12,672 nucleotides of DNA from NCBI RefSeq assembly GCF_006345805.1, contig NW_021826475.1:1-12672 (forward strand), read 5' to 3'. Source of the stretch: Octopus sinensis. Taxonomy: Eukaryota. A program made the position numbers and the translations under genes. How positions within the stretch are numbered: the first letter of the stretch is position 1; every line of letters begins with the position of its first letter. Shown piece after piece: positions 7,051 to 12,672 of this stretch. The notes beneath the pieces are model-generated. The model ran no database searches, was not told where the DNA came from, and saw only the letters and a program-made list of their open reading frames with translations.

Positions 7051-8827
7051 GGCGGCAAGCTAGTGGTGTCGTTAGCGCGTCGGGTACATTATTTAGCAAA
7101 TTTTTCTTCCGGTTTCTTATGCTTCGAGGTCGACTTTGCCTTTTATCCTTTTGGGGACGATGAAATAAGTACCAGTTATGCATTGGGGTCGATGCATTCG
7201 ACTTAATGCCTTTGTCTGTCCTTCGTTGTCCCCTCTATGTTTAGCCCCCTTATCATTTTATCCTTTTTTGCCTTATATCCTTTTGGATATAAGTACCAGT
7301 TACACACTGAAGTCGATGTATTCGACTTAACCCCTTTGTCCTTGTTTGTCCCCTCTACGTTTAGCCCCCTGTGGGCAATAAAGAAATAATTATTTTATTT
7401 ATAATTAAGGCGGCAAGCTAGTAGAGTCGTTAGTGTGTCGAGTATAATATTTCGCAACGTTTCTTCCGGTTTCTTATGCTTCGAGGTCGAGTTTGCCTTT
7501 TATCCTTTTGGGGACGATGATATAAGTACTTGTTATGCACTGGGGTCGATATATTCGACTTAATCCATTTTTCTGTCCTTGTTTTTCCCCTCTATGTTTA
7601 GCCACCTGTAGGCAATAAAGAAATAATTATTTTATCATTGTATCCTTTTTTGCTTATATCCTTTTGGATATAAGTACCAGTTACGCACTGGGGTCGATGT
7701 ATTCGACTTAATCCTTTTGTCCTTGTTTGTCCCCTCTACGTTTAGCCCCCTGTGGGCAATAAAGAAATAATTATTTTATTTATAATTAAGGTGGCAAGCC
7801 AGTAGAGTCGTTAGTGTGTCGAGTATAATATTTCGCAACGTTTCTTCCGGCTTCTTATGCTCTGGGTTCGAATTCCGCCGAGGTCGACTTTACCTTTCGC
7901 CTTTTGGGGGATGATGAAATAATTACCAGTTATGCACTGGGGTCTATGTAATCGACTTAATCCTTTCACCCAAATTTGAGGCTTTGTGCTTTCAGTAGAA
8001 AGGATAATTTTATTTATAATTAAGGTGGCAATCTGGTCGAATCGTCAGCGCGTCGGATATAATAATTAGCAACGTTTCTTCCGGTTTCTCATGCTCTTAG
8101 TTCGAATTCCACCGAGGTCGACTTTGCTTTTTCATCCTTTTGGGGTCGATTAAATAAATACCAGTTGCTCACTGGGATCAATGTAATCGACTAGCTCCTT
8201 CCCTCAAAGTTTCAGGCTTTGTGCATATTGTGGAAAGGGCTTATAATTAAGTCGGCAATCTGGTAGAATCTTTAGCGCGTCGGGTATAATATTCAGCAGC
8301 ATTTCTTTCGGTTTCTTATGTTTTGGGTTCGAATTCCGCCGAGGTCGACTTTGTCTTTCATCATTTCGGAATCGATGAAACGTGTACCAGTTACGCACTG
8401 AGGTTGATGTAATCGATCTACACCTTCCCATAAAATTACTAGCGAGTTGGGAGAATCGATTGTACGTCGTACAAAATGCTGAGCGGCGGCATTTTTTCGG
8501 GCTGAACTCTTCACGTTCTGAGTTCAAATTCCGCTATGATCGACTTTGCTTTTCAACCTTTAGTGGTCGTTAATGTAAGGACCAGTTGAGCACTGCACGG
8601 CTACTCTCAACACAGTTGACCTTCTATCAAAATTAGCAGTAAAAAAGAAAAAAAAAACCCATTTATTATTAGGACAGCGAGCTGATAGCGTCGTTAACAC
8701 GTCCTACGCAATCTTTTTATTTCGGCTCTCTGCTTTCTGAGTTCAAATACCACCGAGGTTGATTTTGTCGTTCATCCTTTCGAGGTCGATAAAGCAAGTC
8801 CCTCTTCTCAAATTTGTTGGTCTTATG
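7051..8827 (+). repeat. Head-to-tail array of 9 SINE family 1 units (starts at about 7051, 7251 half, 7409, 7631 half, 7790, 8024, 8251, 8441, 8672)
   Basis: Each unit carries part or all of the head, gtcgactttg-cctttcatcc domain and taccagtt-cactggggtcgat-tcgactta block. All are on the + strand, with short AT-rich spacers. Confidence 0.9.
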
Positions 8828-8835
8828 TTTAATTT

Positions 8836-9144
8836 CTTGCTGTTGTTTGTTCCATCTCGAGCCATGCCTGGCTCATAAGGGCCGGTTTCCCTGTTTCATT
8901 GGTGTATAGGTTCCCCACCTGGACGGGACGCCGGTCCGTCGCAGGTGAACTTCAAGATGCTGGAGGAATGAGTGAGAGAAAGTTGTCGCGAAAGAGTCAG
9001 CAGAAGTTCGCCATTACCTTCTGTCGGAACCGAATGGAGCTTAGGTGTTTCGCTCATAAACACACATGTCGCCCGGTCTGAGATTCGAATCCGCGATCCC
9101 TCGACCGCAAGTCCGCTGCTCTAACCACAAAGCCATGTGCCCCC
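8836..9144 (-). mobile_element. tRNA-derived SINE family 3, full length, with a V-domain-like central motif
   Basis: Reverse-complement head ggggcacatggctttgtggttagagcagcggacttgcggtcgagggatcgcggattcgaatctc (A and B boxes), internal cctgcgacggaccggcgtcccgtccagg (resembles the V-SINE core as I recall it), and an AACA-type tail at 8836-8852. Confidence 0.8.
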
Positions 9145-9176
9145 ACTATGCTTAATTTAGAAAGCATTATTTCTAA

Positions 9177-9360
9177 GGTGGTGTGCTGGCAAAATCGTTA
9201 ACGAATTTGGCAAAATACTTAGCAGCATATTTTCTGGCCCTCTACAGTGTGAGTTCAAATACTGCTCAGGTCCACCTTATCTCTCATCCCTCAGGGGTCT
9301 ATAAAATAAGTATCGGTCAAATACTGCGGTTGATATAATCGATTTCTCCCTCTCCTGGAA
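9177..9360 (+). mobile_element. SINE family 1, old diverged copy
   Basis: ggtggtgtgctggcaaaatcgttaac...gagttcaaatactgctcaggtccaccttatctctcatccctcaggggtctataaaataagtatc...ttgatataatcgatt. Confidence 0.8.
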
Positions 9361-9390
9361 ACTCTAATGAATCCCTTTATTTATAAATAA

Positions 9391-9500
9391 GGCGGTGAAC
9401 TGATAGAATCGTGAGTGCATCGGGCGAAAGGTTTAGGGGTATTTTTGTTCTGGCTCTTTACGCTCTGCGTTCAAAATCCGCTAATGATGACAAGCCTGAC
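9391..9500 (+). mobile_element. SINE family 1, 5' head only, truncated at the LINE fragment
   Basis: ggcggtgaactgatagaatcgtgagtgcatcgggcgaaaggtttaggggtattt...gcgttcaaaatccgct. Confidence 0.75.
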
Positions 9501-9950
9501 CTTTTTCTAGTAATAGCGGCTTTGTGGCATTTTTACATGCCATGCTATGTTGTTTTCTTCTGCTCTAATTCTGTGTTCGCATCCAATCAGTCCTCTTTCC
9601 CCTCTTTTTCTTGGTACATACAGTCTATCTGTGTCATTTTCTGGGTGGAGTGATCCAGTTCGTCTACTGTCCATGCGATTACTCCTGCTCCATAACAAAG
9701 GAGTGAAACCGCCCAGGTGTTGATAGCTTCGATCTTATTCCGTCTATTCAATTTCGACGTAAGGATCAGTCTGAGTCAGTGCAAGTACTCCACCTTAAAT
9801 GTTTCTGTCATTTCTTTCTCCATCAATGTATCCATTTCCAGAATCCCTAAGTACTTATAGCCCGTCTCTTCAATCTACTTCATAACCTCCCCCGACGATA
9901 TCGCTAACACACCCATACATTTGATTTTACCTCTCTTCAAGACTAACACA
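9501..9950 (-). mobile_element. Non-LTR retrotransposon fragment, RT C-terminus/thumb, resembling the R4 clade (R4/Dong/Rex6)
   Basis: My translation gives CVLVLKRGKIK...EETGYKYLGILEMD...EYLH*LRLILTSKLNRRNKIEAINTWAVSLLCYGAGVIAWTVDELD. After an internal deletion and frame change it reads LHPENDTDRLYVPRKRGERGLIGCE. The YKYLG, INTWAV and DRLYxPRxxGGRGL motifs are typical of RLE-type LINEs. It has two stops. Confidence 0.88.
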
Positions 9951-10022
9951 GTCACTGTCTGAAATCGAACTCGGAATCTTGGGGTTAGTAGCCCGCGCTC
10001 TTAACCACAATGCCATATGCCC
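9951..10022 (-). mobile_element. tRNA-like SINE head (type 4)
   Basis: The reverse complement reads gggcatatggcattgtggttaagagcgcgggctactaaccccaagattccgagttcgatttcagacagtgac, with A-box tggcattgtgg and B-box gagttcgattt. It has no proper acceptor stem. Confidence 0.75.
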
Positions 10023-10029
10023 GTGGCAC

Positions 10030-10075
10030 GACACCTGATGAAGACTGGAGGGTATATCAGCCGAAACGTTGTGTT
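10030..10075 (+). ncRNA. Minimal type I hammerhead ribozyme motif (Penelope-like element or retrozyme type)
   Basis: Stem I gacac 10030-10034 / gtgtt 10071-10075; core CTGATGA 10035-10041; stem II gactg 10043-10047 / cagcc 10058-10062 (one A-C mismatch); GAAA 10063-10066; loopless palindromic stem III ACGT 10066-10069; H17 = T10070. Confidence 0.75.
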
Positions 10076-10129
10076 AACAACAAACAAGATAAGGACAAAT
10101 ATCCGCCAAATGTAAATAACGTAAATAAT

Positions 10130-10233
10130 GTGTGAAATAAAGTGTCTTGCCCAAGGCTACAATGCGTCGCTGTGAATCGAACTCACGACCTTACAATCGT
10201 GAACCGAATGCCCTAACCACTAAGCCACGTGCC
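10130..10233 (-). mobile_element. tRNA-derived SINE head plus start of body (type 5)
   Basis: The reverse complement reads ggcacgtggcttagtggttagggcattcggttcacgattgtaaggtcgtgagttcgattcacagcgacgcattgtagccttgggcaagacactttatttcacac. It has A and B boxes and shares ccttgggcaag with family 2. Confidence 0.85.
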
Positions 10234-10299
10234 ATCAATTTGGATAGATATAGCTACATTCCTCATCTGCCATCTGATGTCTGCTTTTTCAGCCTCATT

Positions 10300-11380
<1,081 letters not shown>

Positions 11381-11536
11381 ACGTACAAGGAAAAAGCAGA
11401 TTGCACAACATAAGACTTTTGCGCAGAAAGAACACTGAGAACAAGCGGGATTAGGGATACACAGGGAAAAGACGGAACGGTCGTGGGCGGAATGTCTCTC
11501 AACATACGCCTGCATGATTTGGGCAAACTTTTTCAC

Positions 11537-11551
11537 TATACATACATACAT

Positions 11552-11590
<39 letters not shown>

Positions 11591-11599
11591 CATACACAC

Positions 11600-11646
<47 letters not shown>

Positions 11647-11780
11647 CAGCAAAATACAACCGACATCCCGTACAAACACCGCCAGCACCATCACCACTAC
11701 CACCATCACCACTACCACCACCCCGTACCAGCACTACCATAACTACTACCCCACCACCACCACCACCACCACCACCACGC
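11537..11780 (+). repeat. (TACA)n/(CA)n/(TA)n followed by (CAC/TAC)n microsatellites
   Basis: Read directly from the sequence. Confidence 0.93.
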
Positions 11781-11993
11781 ACCAATGAAAAAATGGTATT
11801 ACCATTGCAATGATAACTCTAGCTGTTTCTAAAACAGCCTTTGAGTGGAAGAATTCTCCAGAATCGCTTGGTTGTTGAGCATAGTGAGGTGACACTCTAT
11901 AGTGATTGGATGATTACTAGAGCAGATTATCGATCACCAATTTCTTCGGCGAATATTTGATTTTTGACTATTAGCTTACACATCCCGTGTAGT

Positions 11994-12147
11994 CATGTGT
12001 GCCTTTATATGTATGTGTATGTGCGTGTGTGTGTTTCTGTGTATGTGCCTGTATGTGTGTTTATATATATATATATATATACATACATACACACATAAAT
12101 GTATATATATATATATACATACACACATAAATGTATATATATATATA

Positions 12148-12181
<34 letters not shown>

Positions 12182-12672
12182 CATATATAATATATATGAA
12201 AAATATTCACTATATATGTATACACACACACACATATATATATATATACATAACTATATATATTTATATATATATATATATATATGTATATGTGTGTGTG
12301 TGTGGTTGGTGTGAGTATGTATGTATTTTTATACATATATACACAATCACACACACACACACACATGTGTGTAAGTGTGAGAGAGAGAAAGTGTGTGTGT
12401 GTGTGTGTGTGTATGTGTGTGCGTTTGTGTAGTCATTAATTGCGAACACATACATCCATACAGCAGTGTAACATCGCACACACACTCCACCATATAGATA
12501 TTTTTGTATGCGTATAGATATTGCAGCTTTTCTCTGTGTACCTGAATATCAATTCAGTCATACATACGCACATACATACATAAACACATACATACATTCA
12601 TACATACACACATACACGTACATACATGCATACACACAAACACACAGACTTATATATATACACACATACATA
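11994..12672 (+). repeat. Compound (TG)n/(TA)n/(CA)n/(TACA)n microsatellite region
   Basis: Read directly from the sequence. Confidence 0.93.

Noticed and set aside
7051-8827. Regularly spaced repeats resembling a CRISPR-like array
   Set aside because: The units are about 140-230 bp degenerate SINE copies rather than short repeats with unique spacers. The context is eukaryotic and there are no cas genes.
9951-10022. Possible genuine tRNA gene (also 9075-9144 and 10170-10233)
   Set aside because: A and B boxes are present, but there is no complete acceptor stem, and the heads run into SINE-body or unrelated sequence.
11886-11905. ggtgacactctatag resembles the SP6 promoter (vector contamination)
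   Set aside because: It has a 2-nt insertion and a different 5' part, with no other vector sequence nearby, so it is a chance match.

Overview
This is eukaryotic, repeat-saturated, apparently non-genic DNA. The SINE types and dense AT/CA/trinucleotide microsatellites suggest a cephalopod (octopus-like) genome, which is an inference from pattern recognition, not a database result. No intact protein-coding gene is supportable, and nearly all supplied ORFs are translations of microsatellites or SINEs. The window holds: (1) about 15 copies or fragments of one tRNA-derived SINE family, 11 of them co-oriented in a cluster at 7051-9500 that shows local higher-order duplication; (2) four other tRNA-headed SINE types, one interrupted by a nested SINE with a 12-bp TSD; (3) a 564-bp internally deleted mariner with 24-bp perfect TIRs and TA TSD, next to an older decayed mariner; (4) an R4/Dong-like non-LTR RT fragment; (5) a minimal type I hammerhead ribozyme motif at 10030-10075; (6) a 2.4-kb degenerate inverted duplication (385-2793) whose outer arms show a third-codon-position substitution bias; (7) an unexplained, highly self-complementary 140-bp segment at 3061-3200.
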